The notes under the pieces were generated by a model. It saw only the letters and a list, made by a program, of their open reading frames with translations. It ran no database searches and was not told where the DNA came from. A DNA stretch of 63,311 nt, counting the filler, from Nemertoderma westbladi (taxonomy: Eukaryota > Animalia > Xenacoelomorpha): NCBI GenBank assembly GCA_032718475.1. It is 4 parts of 4 records of this genome, joined end to end, with 100 filler letters (N's around TTAATTAATTAA, not from the genome) between each part and the next. Parts side by side here need not be neighbours in the genome. Positions count along the whole stretch, not along the records: positions 1 to 30,932 come from JAUCBJ010004903.1; 3 more parts are not named here. One strand, 5' to 3'. A program made the translations under genes and the position numbers. This document shows positions 1 through 14,023 of the stretch, in pieces (the first letter of the stretch is position 1; every line of letters starts with the position of its first letter).

Positions 1-1494
1 CGATCGAGTCTCGATCACGGCCTCCTGTGAAATAAGTTGATAGACATCGGTGAGTTTTAATAACCCTCCGGCCTCTTCACGCTGGTACTCGATGCATCGC
101 CATTCTCGTCGTAGTTGATGGTGAAGTCGACCGATTATTCGAATGAGAACCGTCGGTGCGTTAGCGTACTCGAGTTGTCCAATGGACCGTAAAGTCCCTA
201 TAGCGTTCTTTATTTCGTCCGCGAGTCGTAAAAGGTCGATCGGTCTCGAAATGTTGCCTCCTCTGCAGAGGTCTTCAATGATGGATTTAGCCATGGCGAC
301 ATTACCGCCGTAAATCGAATACAAACGGTCGTACGCCAATTCAAAGGCATCGGGAACTCCAATAAAGGTTTCCGCTAATCGTTTCGGCTCACCAGACAGA
401 ACTTAGAGCAAGTAATTAAACTTCTCCATCGAGGTGAAAGCACACTTAGCGATCTGGGACTCTACATAGTCTACCAGTGTGCGCCAGTGTTTCGCGTTGA
501 CAGAGAACTTCGGCGGTTGCTGTGCCGGTAATCCGTGTCTAGCCGCGAATTTCGCAATCTCGCTAACCAAATCCAACTATCCGCGTCCCTGTTCGGCGGC
601 GTCGTCCAGTCGCTCCCTTCCGCGCGTTGTTCGTCGGTAGGAATTATTAACGGGATCATCTTCTCGATGTGTCGGAGTCCGTCTAGTCTCCTGTTCTCCC
701 CTCGGTGGTCGATGTTGTCTAGGTTGTTCCAACTCCACGCTGGTTCGTGATCGATCCGACGGTTGCGCTTCGAGTCGCTCTTCTATCTGAGCTAGTCGGT
801 CCGCTACAGGTCGCATTATTTCGGCGAGTCTGTTGGTGCTGATCGCTTCCGCTGGTTGCAACGTGGGTTTCTGTTGGGCTGTTTCTCGAGGTGGATTGTC
901 GATGTAGGGATTCGTCGACCTCTCCTCTCGTTTGTAATCTTCCGCCACTCCAGTACGGAATATTTCCCGTTCCGTCGACTCCGAGTCGCTAGATGAGTCG
1001 CTGTCGTCCGGATAAGGTGGCTGGCGGGTTCGTGTCCGGCGTATTATTCTTGGTCTCGTCCGTTGTGGTCCGGAATCTACGGCTCTCCGTTGTTCGGCAG
1101 GTTCGCAAGCCTTCCACGAAGTCGTAGGTCTCGCTATACGTTGTCCGATCCTGTGGGTACTACCCACATCCATCCTCCTCCGTAGTTCGGTAGGCTCGCA
1201 AGCCTTCCACGAAGTCGTAGGTTGCGTCGAACATTGTGTCAATGGTCGAGTGAAATAGTCGGGTTTCGTAGTCGGTCTGTAAATAACTGGATTTGCACAG
1301 CACGTCACAGGTTTAACTTGTAATGGTTTACTCACCTGTTTAATTGTCATAAACGCAGGTTCCTCTCTTCCTACAAGTAGACTACGACTTACTGTAGGTG
1401 GACTAGTTATGTTACCTGCTAAAATTGGCGATGATGTCACCCTAGGTTGCGGTATTTCCGTCACAACAAACCTGTTGCCTTGTGTCGAACGCAC
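1..1494 (-). mobile_element. Decayed BEL/Pao LTR-retrotransposon gag (DUF1759-type), truncated by the window start
   Basis: ORF 577-1494 reads through its stop into LPAQQPPKFSVNAKHW...EKFNYLL*VLSG, then after a frameshift near 390 continues EPKRLAETF...AFELAYDRLYSIYGG...DLLRLADEIKNAIGTLRSIGQLEYANAPTVLIRIIGRLHHQLRREW. This matches the BEL/Pao gag pattern. Two in-frame stops plus one frameshift. Confidence 0.75.
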
Positions 1495-3300
1495 AGGCGT
1501 TATTTCGTAACAAAGACCGGTTTTATCGAAGTCGCGGGTTTGATCATAGTTGTTGATACTGTTGTCTCTCGATATTAGTAAATATATTCGATGATAGTAT
1601 GATATGTAGTTAAAACAGAAATACAGATAAAATAGTTACCGGTATGGCGGTGTCGATGACGGTCAATAATTATGACCGGTCTGCACTAGATAAACTGAAT
1701 AACACAACTGATACACCAATCCAACAATCTGAGATAATATATGATTAATGCATTGAATATTGGTTCACCTCTTACTCCACTTTGGCCTTCTACCCAATGG
1801 ATGCTTTCCTGTTCCCTATCACATGCTTCCCTCCCCTCTATTGGCTAATATACTACTTGTCACCTTGGCACTCTCTGGGAGTGTTTCCCCTCCGCTGATA
1901 GCCTCTACTAGCTGTGTTCCCTCCGAGGTGGTTTGACCTCTCACCTCTCTCTGTGGCTTTGGGGCTTGTGTCGCCCCCCCCCCCCCCCCAATGTTGGTAT
2001 GATACGAGATTGATGTTCGCGCTTTCAGACCTTTAGCAGTTTAACCTGCCAAATTTGGATGTCTTTTAGATGATAGATAGTCTTTAGCCTATGACAAGTA
2101 TTTGATACACTACATTAGCCGAAACCAGTCTATGCGCGATCATTCACCCGCTGGATATACCCGGGAGACTGGGTTCGGGAGCCTAACCGTATTGCGGGGT
2201 AGGCCTACTGTATTATTCGACTGATCATAATATATATAATCTCTGACAAATATTATTCACTTTCGGGAAATATTAACAGTTCCTTTAGGACGTGGCGCTT
2301 TAAATATATAAACAGAGTTATGACTTAAACTAGACACAACGGGATGGCTATAGATTCATGTATATGGCGCATTCTTTAGGAGATGCTTCGTTATCAATCA
2401 CGATCATACACAATACTGCACAATGCTGCACACCAATCTGCCGACCTTCACTAATTTTAGCCACATATAAGGAGAACGACAGACAATACGTGTAGGGCCT
2501 ATAAAATAGCATTAGATTCACTTCAAACCACTTAATGTAAGTCGCAATTATTATATGTAACCGGTCTCTCTAACCTTTAGTATATCAAGAAGATTGGGGT
2601 GTCTGATTATTTATCAGTATTCCAAATATAATATTCCATCAACAAATAATGAATAACCGACAGTAAATAGCAGTAAAATGTTAAGTTAAGTTATGTGAGT
2701 AATGATTGTTTTGTATGGATTGATATGATAACGGATATACGTTCTATAATTAAGCCTACTAATGTTGGGCTAAAGACTGAAACACGGAGGTTCCACGCCG
2801 GTGTTGTAGGCTGTGGACAAAATCACATACTGACTCAACTCCACGAGTTTCTATATACAATCTCTAACACAGAGGCAAAAAACGCTCTGATTGGTCGACC
2901 GAACAAAGAAGGAACAGAGAACAAAGAACAAGCTCCACGTGTACAGCATCAGCTGTTAGCCGTCGTCATGGTAGCTACACTGTTTCAGGAGGATCTGGTG
3001 TATTGTGTCATAGAATTACTAATTATGTCCGTTAAAGTACACATACAGAAGAAATGGCTTTTATGTCCTCTAAAACACCAGTACAGTGAGGACACGGCCT
3101 TTTATGCCTGTTAAACCAACTACAGAGTACTTTACGGGAAAAATAACCAGCTAATTCCGCAAAAGCCTTTACACCGCTCCCAGAAAATGGGATTTAAGTC
3201 TATAAAATATAACAAATCACAGTTTCTAAAATATAAAAATACTAAAAATACGTCGGACAGGTACAAAATGTACCAACGTACCTAATTTACATACGCACTA

Positions 3301-3610
3301 TTGTGGGCACTGAGGGCTCCATGTGAGGAGTTGAGGGGGTATGTATGCATACCATAATAGAAGGGTACATAGTACCGTAAATTTGTGGGCACTGAGGGCA
3401 CAACGGGAGGAGTTGAGGGGGGGTATGTACGCATACCGTAATAGAAGGGTACATAGTACCGTAAATTTGTGGGCACTGAGGGCGCCACGGTGTGGGGGAG
3501 GAATTGAGGGGGGTATGTACGCATACCATAATAGAACAGTACATAGTACCGTAAACTTGTGGGCACTGAGGGCACCACATGAGGAGTTTAGGGGGGGTAT
3601 GTAGGCATAG
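3301..3610. repeat. Minisatellite, ~82-90-bp unit, ~3.6 copies
   Basis: TTGTGGGCACTGAGGGC...GTACATAGTACCGTAAA recurs at about 3301, 3383, 3467 and 3557. Confidence 0.9.
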
Positions 3611-4204
3611 TAGGATAGACAGTGTTGGCCGCACAAACTAGACTACTGTAGCGCATAGCCCGTAGTGCAGACTTAGGGTATTGTTACAGAGCCAGAAAAC
3701 TGTCTGGTAGGAAGGTAGTACGACAATAAGAAAACTGTAGCTAGTCTTCTCTGTATACAAGTAGGAACGGATTGCTTAGGTAGTAATCAGGTGACAGATA
3801 GTATAATAGCACATATAGGGAGGAATATTTGTAGAAAACATAGCATATCATTACAGATAGGAGGTAGGCCATCGCTGATCGGAACTAATAAGATTCTATT
3901 TAGTAACCCTCTTACCTAACTGAGCCTTTCTAAGACCCCACCAGTTTGATGAGTGTGCAAATTCGTGATGGCGGAGAAACTAGTGAAGAAGAGGAAATCG
4001 GAGAAGAGTAGAAAGGAGTTGCTAGTGGATTTCACGCAGAGGCATCCGGAGAACAAGACGAAGGGATATACAAACCACTCTAGAAGGGTCACAAAGCGAA
4101 CGCGCTACAGGATCAGTTTACGTAGTTGCACGAGCGACGACTGGTCAGGACCTACGGGATGCCGTCATTGGACAACGCGATCGACGAGCATTTTCGCTAC
4201 GTTG

Positions 4205-5820
4205 TAAAGGGGGACGAGGCCAGATTCTGAGAGTACTCCTAAGTCATCAGCAAAGTCTAGATCAGTTAGGTACTTAGCAGGATTTCCTCGACTTCTGGAG
4301 CCAGTAGGTGGAGTTATCATCACCCCATCATCATTATGATGATCTAAGGACATGCGTAGAACATAGTCAACAACAATTATGAACAAGAATGGTACAAGTG
4401 TGTCTCCCTGGAGGACGCCCCATAACACTTCAAATGGTTCTGTGTCACCGTCAACAGTAGACACAAATGTTGTCGAACCATCGTATACTGATCTGATTGC
4501 TGCAATAATTTCATCAGGAATCCCATATAATGAAAGTATGCTGAACATACGTGAGCGAGAGACTGAATCAAAGGCCTTGAAGAAGTCAACAAAGATAACA
4601 GCCAGATGCCTGTCTTTCTTTTTTGATAACTCTTCAATTATCCTTCTAAGTGCCAAAATGGGCTCCATGGTCCCACGACCTTTACGGAACCCATTCTGAT
4701 TTCCACGGAGCAGTCTCTCAATGGGATCCCTGATGCGATTTAATAGAATTCTATTGTATAGCTTTGCAGCAATCGAGATCAATGAGATTCCCCGAAAAGA
4801 ACCATAGAGTGTTAGGTTGCCCTTCTTGGGAACTGGCACCAACTTATTTGTTTTCATTTCTTGTGGGACTCTTGTTGTGCGGTACATGTCTACTTTGATG
4901 GGATAGATGAGCTTTAAACACTCAGGTATTTTAAAGACCTCAGGGGGAACACCATCTACTCCACTGGCACGATTGGTCTTAATGCTCTTTGCAGCAGCCT
5001 TCACTTCTGCAAAGGAGATATCACCAATGGGAATATCTGGGAGTACAGACTCAGACACTTTTACTTCTATAAAGTTATCAGGCAATACCCTGTCATTATT
5101 GAGGAGCTTTTCAAAGTGGGCCTTCCAACCATTGAGGCGATCGGCTGGTGATTCAGCCTTAACCTTGGTGGTTGGTTGGCTTTTTCGACCAGCAAGCAAG
5201 TTGATCGATCTCCATGCCTGGTATGATTGCCTGCTGTCGTCAGCATCATTGATAAAAGAAAGTAAATAAAAAGTAAATTTTCTTCGGCCGCTAGGCCAGG
5301 GATTACGCACAAAGTCTGACGACTTATTTCCAGTGCGGTCCCCCTAGAACTTTACTCCCCAGAGGAAACTGCAGTACTCATTTAGCTACCACTTAAGGAT
5401 GCAAGGCAGTGATGCGCCCTGGCTGGTCCCTTTAATGCATTCGTGCCGAAACGAAAACTGCCCTGGCCCATGTGAGGGTCGAACCCACGACCTACATGAG
5501 ATGTGGATTCAATGCAACCACTACACCAAGGTGGAACCTTGGTGTATACCTTGGTATACCTTGATGGCATCAACCTGTTGGTTTATTAGCTCCTGTAAAT
5601 TAACAGAGTACTGCCTGTTCAGGGACCTAGATGCAGTCTTAACTGCATTCTTGGCCGCTGTAGTCTGTTTGAGTCGGGACTCTTTCTGCGCCTTATAGAG
5701 ATCATTTCGGCACTTCTGAATTTTGTTGTCAGTCCAGGGGGCCCTTTTCCTGTTTCGAGGGTATACAGGAACTGTTTCTGCAGCTGCTAACTTAACTGCT
5801 TCTGTGAAGGCAGCTGGTGT
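4205..5820 (-). mobile_element. RTE-clade LINE reverse transcriptase fragment, interrupted by a SINE
   Basis: ORF 4165-5310 has RT motifs QNGFRKGR, FVDFFKAFDSV, GVLQGDTL and LTDLDFADD. After removing the SINE the frame rejoins as ...QQVDAI|NDADDSRQ... and extends upstream to about 5820. Confidence 0.9.
5254..5560 (-). mobile_element. tRNA-derived SINE inserted in the RTE LINE
   Basis: Minus strand has an A box (TGGTGTAGTGG) and a B box (GGTTCGACCC), and a T-rich tail near 5254-5280. TTGAT is duplicated at 5249-5253 and 5561-5565. The body recurs at about 55395-55535. Confidence 0.8.
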
Positions 5821-8800
5821 CGTTGACCCGCTAGCTCATATTATACCCATATAAATCACACCGCGGCAAGTTTACAGTATTTTAGGTCCATTAGCGGTAG
5901 TTAGGATTCGCAACGCGGGGATTGTTTTCCCGTGAGTTTGATCTGTATCTGTAGACTGTACATCTACCTCACCGGTTAGAGGCCGGGTATCCTGCTTGTC
6001 TAGTTAGCCCGGGCAATTGATTCGCCCAAGTATTAGAAGAGACATCAGGCTCCATTCCTCGCCTGTAGTAGTTTGTGTACTTAGTATCTGTTTGTTTAGA
6101 CACCCTGGACTGGGATTTCTTTTCAGATACTGTACGAGCCCGTATACACTGCTGGATTCTACAGTAAGGTATTTCGTTACTAGGATCCGGTAGGCGGTAT
6201 ACTACTGGACTTTACAAAACTCGATAATGAGTAAGAACCCGATTGCGTCATATGAACTCTAGGCCGACACCATTGAACTCTAGGCCGAGTCATATTATTT
6301 AGGACCATACCTTTTATATATATAAAACCATTTGCTTCTATATAGTTCCCTCCGTGGAACAAGGCAATAACAAGATTTGTCGCGTTTGTGTAAAGAAATG
6401 TAATTATATATTTCCGTTTTATGAATTACCTCTGGGAAAGAGATTTAATTATTATGTGGTAAATAACTTCAAACAGAAACCGCGTATATTTTTTGGTCAA
6501 CATTTTTGCAGACACCAGAAACTCACGCTGTGCAGTTATTTTTTAGGACATCAAAATATATTTTACAAAATCTTGGCTCAAAATCTTTTCCTTATGACCA
6601 ATTTTTTTTTCAAATTTGCCATGGGAGGAATGTAATCGATTTTTCGCGCCTCTGTAGGCAAACATACAAAAATACACTTCCTCGGAATTCTGATTTTAAA
6701 AACGAAATAATTACAACACAATTATTCCCTTTCTTCCTTATCCTACCGTAATATTCATATCAGAATATTATATCCAATATCCCAATTCCATGACTCATAA
6801 TCCCATCCCAGACATCCTTAGCTGGCCTCAACCACCCAACTCGTTCTTACCGGCTACAGTTATTGCAACATGACTCATCCAATACATTCCTTACCCATTA
6901 GCCCTTACCCAATCCAGGGCCGGATTAATTGACTAGTCACCTTCAAGACTCTATTGTCGTGTATTCATAATCAGTTATTGGTCTGTCAATCATATAATGC
7001 GTTAATCATATTTTTACATGATTAGAACGTAAAATCTCTGCACAAGAAAATCAAACTGTGCGTAGGTGATAATTAGGGGTCAACTCCATATTGACCCCCC
7101 CCCCCCCCCAGCGGGTTTAAAAAGGGCCACATTGGTATAGAGAATGAGAGTCTTCCACCCATCTGACTTAAGTGAGCTCTGCTCCAAAAGTCAGTAAAAG
7201 TTTAACCTAGAAGTCAGCTCTGCTCCAAAGTTGGGCGTCTTTGTTGCTGGGACGGGCCCCTAAAAAGGCTTTGGAATCGTCAGGAAGGTAAGATGATTCC
7301 GCCACGGTTTGAGTTCACTGGCTAAATTAGCCTGGAGCGCTTGTGTGCTCACTTTTGCCCGCTGGCTACTTACGTCGGGAGGGACCGACTATTTAGTTCT
7401 AAAGGCAAAGTAGCAGCGTCTCCATAGGCTCGGCTCTGTCACTCACGATAGTGCTGGTGCACTGTCCGCAGGCTATATATGGTTATCCCAGGCTCGCCAG
7501 GATAAACTGTATAATTTGAGAGCAAATTGCAGCTAACCATTTGCGTCCAATCGGTCCCACCCCTGTTTGGACTCAGACGGTAACCTGGTGTTCTGCACTA
7601 TCGCTAAGTTCCAATAGCGTGAAGCTTTTATTAAATAATTGTAGTAATTTCCTCGAAAAACAAATAAATTGACACAAAAATGATGAGGCAAGTAGATTAT
7701 TTCATTTTAAACAACAAACATAACGTATTAACGCTAGACCTACATAACGTGTGTAGGCAGTACCTATATTTCGAGTTTTTTAATGCACAAACAACCAGCT
7801 GACATTATTGGCTCACGATGACAAACTCATATAGTATTTGGAATCAGTGTATGTAGTTTGATCAGAAAAGTTGAAACAATTTTTTAGGCTGTAATGTTTA
7901 GAAAAATTCAAATTTTGCGGGCCCGGGGCGGGCCGGGCCATGCCCGGGCCTTCCGTGAAAAACCGTGAAAACCGGCCCGTGTCCATCTCTGATTGGTGGC
8001 AATTGACGTCATGTGCAAAATCTGAAGCCAAATGTTCTCGTATAGAAGCTAAATATTCGTTAACTGGTTCACCTTGGTAACGTTGGTTCACCTTGGTAAC
8101 GTTGGTAAAACGCCATCCGGTCCAAAATAATATTTCTATGATGTCGAATAAATATTCGGACTGCCGTTATGAAATCACTTAATGTTGGATCGTTTGGGTT
8201 GGGATAGCAATAATGCCACGTCGCATAAAACGTAATATTTTGTCATCGAAACATCACCGTCAATAGATTGGCGTGCTAAATGTTGGCATTCATAGAAATC
8301 TACCCACCTAATGTATTGTCCAAATTGTCCGAATTGTCCGAATGTTTCCGCAATTCCCGACGCCCAAAGCCTAACGGATATAGCAGTTTAGCAATACACT
8401 ACTGCGCCATGATGTATATAAAAACAAATACTTACAGGAAAATTAATTATTATTGCTACATAGTCCAAAATAGGTTGACAGTTACATACCGATAGGAGGA
8501 TGTAGGACAATTCGGTCCGGACATTGTCCGGACCGAATTGTCCGGGACCGAATTTTCCTGCTTCCCCGATAGGAACCAATCAATGGAGCTCAAAGAGCTC
8601 ATTTATTTCTTCATATAGTTATATATACAGTATATCACGTGAAACGTTTATTTAGCAATTTGAATTTGAATTTGTTTTAATTCTAATATAATTATTGTAT
8701 GGCATTGATTTATTTTTATATTTATATGGCAAATGGCACCAGTAGCATAGCTATTTTTGCCTTCATTTGCCATTTTTACGTGATAATGTAATTGTAGAGT

Positions 8801-10080
8801 TTAGGTTTTATGGTGCAACTTTTCATCTACTCACTACTACAGTACTACTCTATAGTATACTATACAGTATCTATACTACTCTACAGTACTACTCTATAGT
8901 ATACTATACAGTATCTATACTACTCTACAGTACTACTCTATACTGGCTGATCTGGTCTGCTGTTATTTCAATGTTCGGGTGTCGCTTATATATTTTATTT
9001 TATTTTTTAAGGGGTAAAAAAAACAATTTTTAAGGGTAAATTAAGTGTATTTGACTAACACCTAACCCTCTAAGGCCAAGTATAATAATGATATACTGTA
9101 TATCTATCTCTAATCAGTGTGAATTTCCCTCTCGCTCACTTAAACCATTTAGATTGATATCTTATCACAGACAAGGGACTTGGTACGCGTGTGGAGATGT
9201 TATCAAATTCAGCGTCCTTGAGTAGCCGGTGAGAGTAGAAGGGGTACAGACCATGTCTGTTCTAGTTATGGTTGCCATATATGACAGGGGCGGGGGTATC
9301 AGTGATCAGCAGGGTCGCAAGGACTGCCACAATAATTGTATATCATCTCATTGGCATTATGATTCTGAAAAGTACAACGATGGCAATATGGTTACATTCT
9401 TACATTCCAAAACAGGTAATTGCAATATCATACATACATTGTACACGGCGCGGCATATTTCGGCATATCACGGCACTCCCTCGGCATAGCCCCACACCAT
9501 CCCTTGCGATATTATATTTTTGGTGACACTTTATATAAATTTAGTTAAATTTTCTATTGGCAGTTACCTAATCGCGACTTTTAAAGAGCAAATTCGGTCG
9601 GGATATCTTCCGAAATAACCAACTGACAGATACAAATGTGGGTGGCTTTATTAAATAATTATTTTATTAAATTCAAGTTTGATTACGTTTAAATCTACCT
9701 AAATTCAGTTAGTATGACTAGACCCTCTCCCATTAATAACCGAGTTTGTTCCTCGACATTAATCTTCATTACGGTATCAACAATGTCTCAGTTTTGATAG
9801 ACTAGTAGTCTCAATAGACTACACAACTATCAAAATTTGCTACTTGAACAAACAAAAGCAGTTTACAAATCATCATCAATCATTAAATCTCAATATGTAT
9901 TTTATATTCTAAATATAATTATTCTGGATTGGCTTGACAAGACAATTTCATATATAACCCACTAATCTATCTAGAACAAATTATGTAGCGCATTTAAAAC
10001 AATGATAATATTGCAATGTTGCTTGGGATGTGATGGGGGGGGGGGGGGGGGGTGGATTGCTAAAGATTTATTTACTGGTA

Positions 10081-10448
10081 TAATTATTGTTTGACTAACC
10101 ATATACAATTGAATGGGAGTATCTTTTAGGCTCGTTAAACCAAGGAATGCCTGTACACCACCAAGGGTGATCTTCAACATTAAACCCTTGCACTCTGTTT
10201 CCAAAGAAATGCCTGTTCACCCCCGTGGGTGATCTTCCACAGTAAACCCTTCCACTCTGTTTCCCAAGTTGTCTTAGTTCCCATTTATCGACCACTGAAG
10301 GATGAAAGCCAGGGTTGTGCTAGGCTGCAGCATTTAAAGCACTGTGCCCAAACAGTGCTGCCACATCTAGGGATCGAGCCAGGGCTTCCTAATTGTAATT
10401 GGAAGACCGGGAATGTCATCACTAGACCAAGCTGCTGCTTGGTCTAGT
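10081..10448 (-). mobile_element. Second tRNA-derived SINE family
   Basis: Minus strand has an A-box-like TGGTCTAGTGA and a B-box-like GGCTCGATCCC with tRNA spacing, followed by a non-tRNA body. The 3' boundary is approximate. Confidence 0.6.
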
Positions 10449-10540
10449 TATCAATTACATAAAAGGAAATCTAGCATAACTTTACCGGTATCATATTTAG
10501 TGAGGCGGTTAGAGGTACCTGTCGATTATCTACAGGGGAA

Positions 10541-10695
10541 TGTCCCCCCTGAGTTCTTTACATACCTGAGTGTTTAAAGCTCATCTATCCCATCATAGTA
10601 GACATGTACCGAACAACAAGAGTCCCACAAGAAATGAAAACAAATAAGTTGGTGTCAGTTCCCAAGAAGAGCAACCTAATCCTCTATGGTTCTCT
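10541..10695 (+). mobile_element. Short fragment of the same RTE family as 4205-5820
   Basis: Near-identical to the reverse complement of about 4795-4950 (CCTGAGTGTTTAAAGCTCATCTATCCCATCA...GTTCCCAAGAAG). Confidence 0.8.
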
Positions 10696-10972
10696 ATCCT
10701 CTAATCCTCTATCCTCCATGGTGGACCTGGACAGTCTATGACTTTCTTGACATATCCATGCCTCAACAGACACAGCAACCCAAAACATCCGGACCTTATC
10801 AGCAGCCGCGTAGCCAGGAATTTCCTACGGTAGGGTCCCAGACCCCAAATTGTAATTCATATTTATAGTAGTTGTGGGAAGAGCCCCCCCCCCCCCCCCC
10901 AGCGTAGTCCAGGTGTGATTGTTTGGAATTTTAACAAAATGCCCGCCACACGTGATGTGTAATGTTTAGTAG

Positions 10973-11317
10973 GGTACGCAGCAAACTTCGCCCGCAGACA
11001 ATCTTCTCCCGCGAGCAACCATCGCCAACTAAACAATTATTGTTTTGGTTAGAAAAAGCCGTTTCTGTAACCTGCTCCTTACCTTAAATTGGTAACAACA
11101 TCGTTTATTGTTTTGGTTAGAAGAAGCCGTCTCTGTAACCTGCTCCTTTCCCTTAATTGGTAACTAAAATGGTTACTAACACAAATCTTATTGGGCGAAG
11201 GTTGTTCGCGGTGGAAGATTGCCTTGCGGGCGAAGGTTTTCCCCTTGGTGAAGTGTGGACGCGGGCGAAGATTGGACGCGGGCGAAGGTTGTACTCGGGC
11301 GAAGGTTGCACCCAACC
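10973..11317. mobile_element. Non-autonomous fold-back/MITE-like element with inverted subterminal GGGCGAAG repeats
   Basis: Ends GGTAC...CAAACTTCGCCCG and CGGGCGAAGGTTGCACCCAACC. It carries two copies of the shared TTATTGTTTTGGTT...CTGTAACCTGCTCCTT core. Confidence 0.6.
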
Positions 11318-12753
11318 TGTAGCCTGTAGTACAGTAGTCGGTATACTACTCATTCTGAGTAATGCGCACCAGTACATGTTCATTCCCCCAGTAAAGCCAC
11401 CCCCCCCCCCCCCCCCCCCCCCAGTAAAGATGAGTAATTTAGAAAATCCGCTATTAAGAATTAATATGATAAAATCATAGTTATAAAGTAAGTTACTGAA
11501 ATTACAAATGAAATTGAATTAATAAATTAAATTAATATTATAATTAAACTGAGGGGACTGTTTTACATACGGTCATTTAATTTGGCTTAATTGGAAAGAT
11601 TTAATAATATTTCTATTAAGAACAGTTAACTTATTCTTAAAAACTAGTAAGTACTATACAACCATGGAATCATAACAACAGGTATTGATAACATAAAAGT
11701 ATTGCAAAATGACAGTAGGCAAATTTCAATTTCACCCCTTCATGTCATTTAAATTAAGGGACGTAAAATTTAAATGTGCTTCCGTTTTTTAAATACCTTA
11801 TTTACAAATCGGCGATTTCCATTTAGTTAAATGTCGCTTCGTGAAACAATCCCCCACCCCACACCATGGTATATTATTTTATAAACTGCACATTTTGAAA
11901 TTGAACCAATTATGGTACCGGTACATTATTAAATACACTTTTTTGATTTGTTGAAAGTCAAAAAAAAACTTTTTTTGTTGCAAAATTAATGTTCTAATTA
12001 ATTACATGTCAAAGTAATTTTCATGGTATTAATAATAATATTGAATTAAAATACATAGCCACCCACCCACAGGTTATTTAGTTGTGACTTGGCAAGACAA
12101 GCTACACAATATCCAATCACGGTGGTCAGTGTGCCCAGAAAAAATTACATAATTCATTATATTACATCAGAGTCAGAGTGCCTATCTTATTTATGCTATC
12201 TTTCATTGGTATATATTGAACCCTGCTTGACAGTCAAGGCACAGCGACGTCGTCTAATCAAAGCACAGAAACCAAGGCAGGAGCCAGTGGGCGCCCCCCT
12301 GCAGTGGTCAATTGGGCTCCATTTCATTGCGTTACATTACAGACTATTAAACTGGTTGAGAGATTATATAATATAGGCCTAAGTAATAAGCTGGGTTTCT
12401 AAGAACATTGTATGATATTATGATGCCTTATCATGGGGGCGGGGGGGGGGGGGGGGGTGCCTGAGGGAATTATTGGTAGTGTGGCTGGAGGGTCTGGGGT
12501 CGGGCTCCTTCCCAAGGCAACTTCGAATATTTTCTAATATTCGGTTTATTGCACTTGTCATTATAATTTTTTTAATTTAACGGAACTTGACGATGGCAAA
12601 ATGCTCTCAGAGTTAGTGTAAGTTGGAATCTCCACGGTAGGGTCCCGGGACCCTGGGACCCTACCCTCGCTACGCTAGTGCTTATCAGATACCGCTACCC
12701 AACACGTAACACATCCTTGCCTCAACAGACACATCTACTAAACATTTTTCTGG

Positions 12754-14023
12754 GGTATCTCAGGAATTCTTAGCCCGCGAGTATTCTTAGCCCGCGAGTA
12801 TTCTTAGCCCGTGGGTATTCTTAGCCCGCAAAACAATAACGTTAATTGTTTTGGTTCCCCCAATACGCCTCTGAAACCTGCTCCTTTACTAACTCGCGGG
12901 CTAAGAATACTCACGGGCTAAGAATACCCGCGGGCTAAGAATACTCGCGGGCTAAGAATACTCGCGGGCTAAGAATACTCGCGGGCTAAGAATACTCGCG
13001 GGCTAATAATACTCGCGGGCTAAGAATACTCACGGGCTAAGAATACTCGCGGGCTAAGAATACTCGCGGGCTAAGAATACTCACGGGCTAAGAAAACTCG
13101 AGGACTAAGAATACTCGCGGGCTAAGAATACTCGCGGGCTAAGAATACTCGCGGGCTAAGAATACTCGCGGGCTAAGAATACTCGCGGACTAAGAATACT
13201 CACGGGCTAAGAATACTCGCGGGCTAAGAATACTCGCGGGCTAAGAATACTCGCGGGCTAAGAATACTCGCGGGCTAAGAATACTCGCGGACTAAGAATA
13301 CTCGCGGACTAAGAATACTCGCGGGCTAAGAATACTCGCGGGCTAAGAATACTCGCGGACTAAGAATACTCGCGGGCTAAGAATACTCGCGGGCTAAGAA
13401 TACTCGCGGGCTAATAATACTCGCGGGCTAAGAATACTCACGGGCTAAGAATACTCGCGGGCTAACAATACTCGCGGGCTAAGAATACTCACGGGCTAAG
13501 AAAACTCGAGGACTAAGAATACTCGCGGGCTAAGAATACTCGCGGGCTAAGAATACTCGCGGGCTAAGAATACTTACGGGCTAAGAAAACTCGAGGACTA
13601 AGAATACTCGCGGGCTAAGAATACTCGCGGGCTAAGAATACTCGCGGGCTAAGAATACTCGCGGACTAAGAAAACTCGAGGACTAAGAATACTCGCGGGC
13701 TAAGAATACTCGCGGGCTAAGAATACTCGCGGGCTAAGAATACTCGCGGACTAAGAATACTCGCGGACTAAGAATACTCGCGGACTAAGAATACTCGCGG
13801 ACTAAGAATACTCGCGGGCTAATAATACTCGCGGGCTAAGAATACTCGCGGGCTAAGAATACTCGCGGGCTAAGAATACTCGCGGACTAAGAATACCCGC
13901 GGGCTAAGAATACTCGCGGGCTAAGAATACTCGCGGACTAAGAATACTCGCGGACTAAGAATACTCGCGGGCTAATAATACTCGCGGGCTAAGAATACTC
14001 GCGGGCTAAGAATTCACCCAACC
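12754..14023. mobile_element. Fold-back element with 17-bp subterminal repeats; right arm expanded into a satellite
   Basis: Four copies of TATTCTTAGCCCGCGAG (12765-12829) face ~66 inverted copies of CTCGCGGGCTAAGAATA (12893-14013). It has the same ACCCAACC end and core motif as 10973-11317. TTCTGG flanks both ends. Confidence 0.75.
12893..14013. repeat. 17-bp tandem array, ~66 copies
   Basis: Unit CTCGCGGGCTAAGAATA with recurring variants (CACGGG, GCGGAC, AAAACTCGAGGAC). Confidence 0.97.

Noticed and set aside
1500-2000. 5' LTR and primer-binding site of the BEL/Pao element (also LTR-like stretches at 3620-4200, 5820-6200 and 7130-7620)
   Set aside because: No second LTR copy, clear TG...CA boundaries or convincing tRNA-complementary site could be established by eye.
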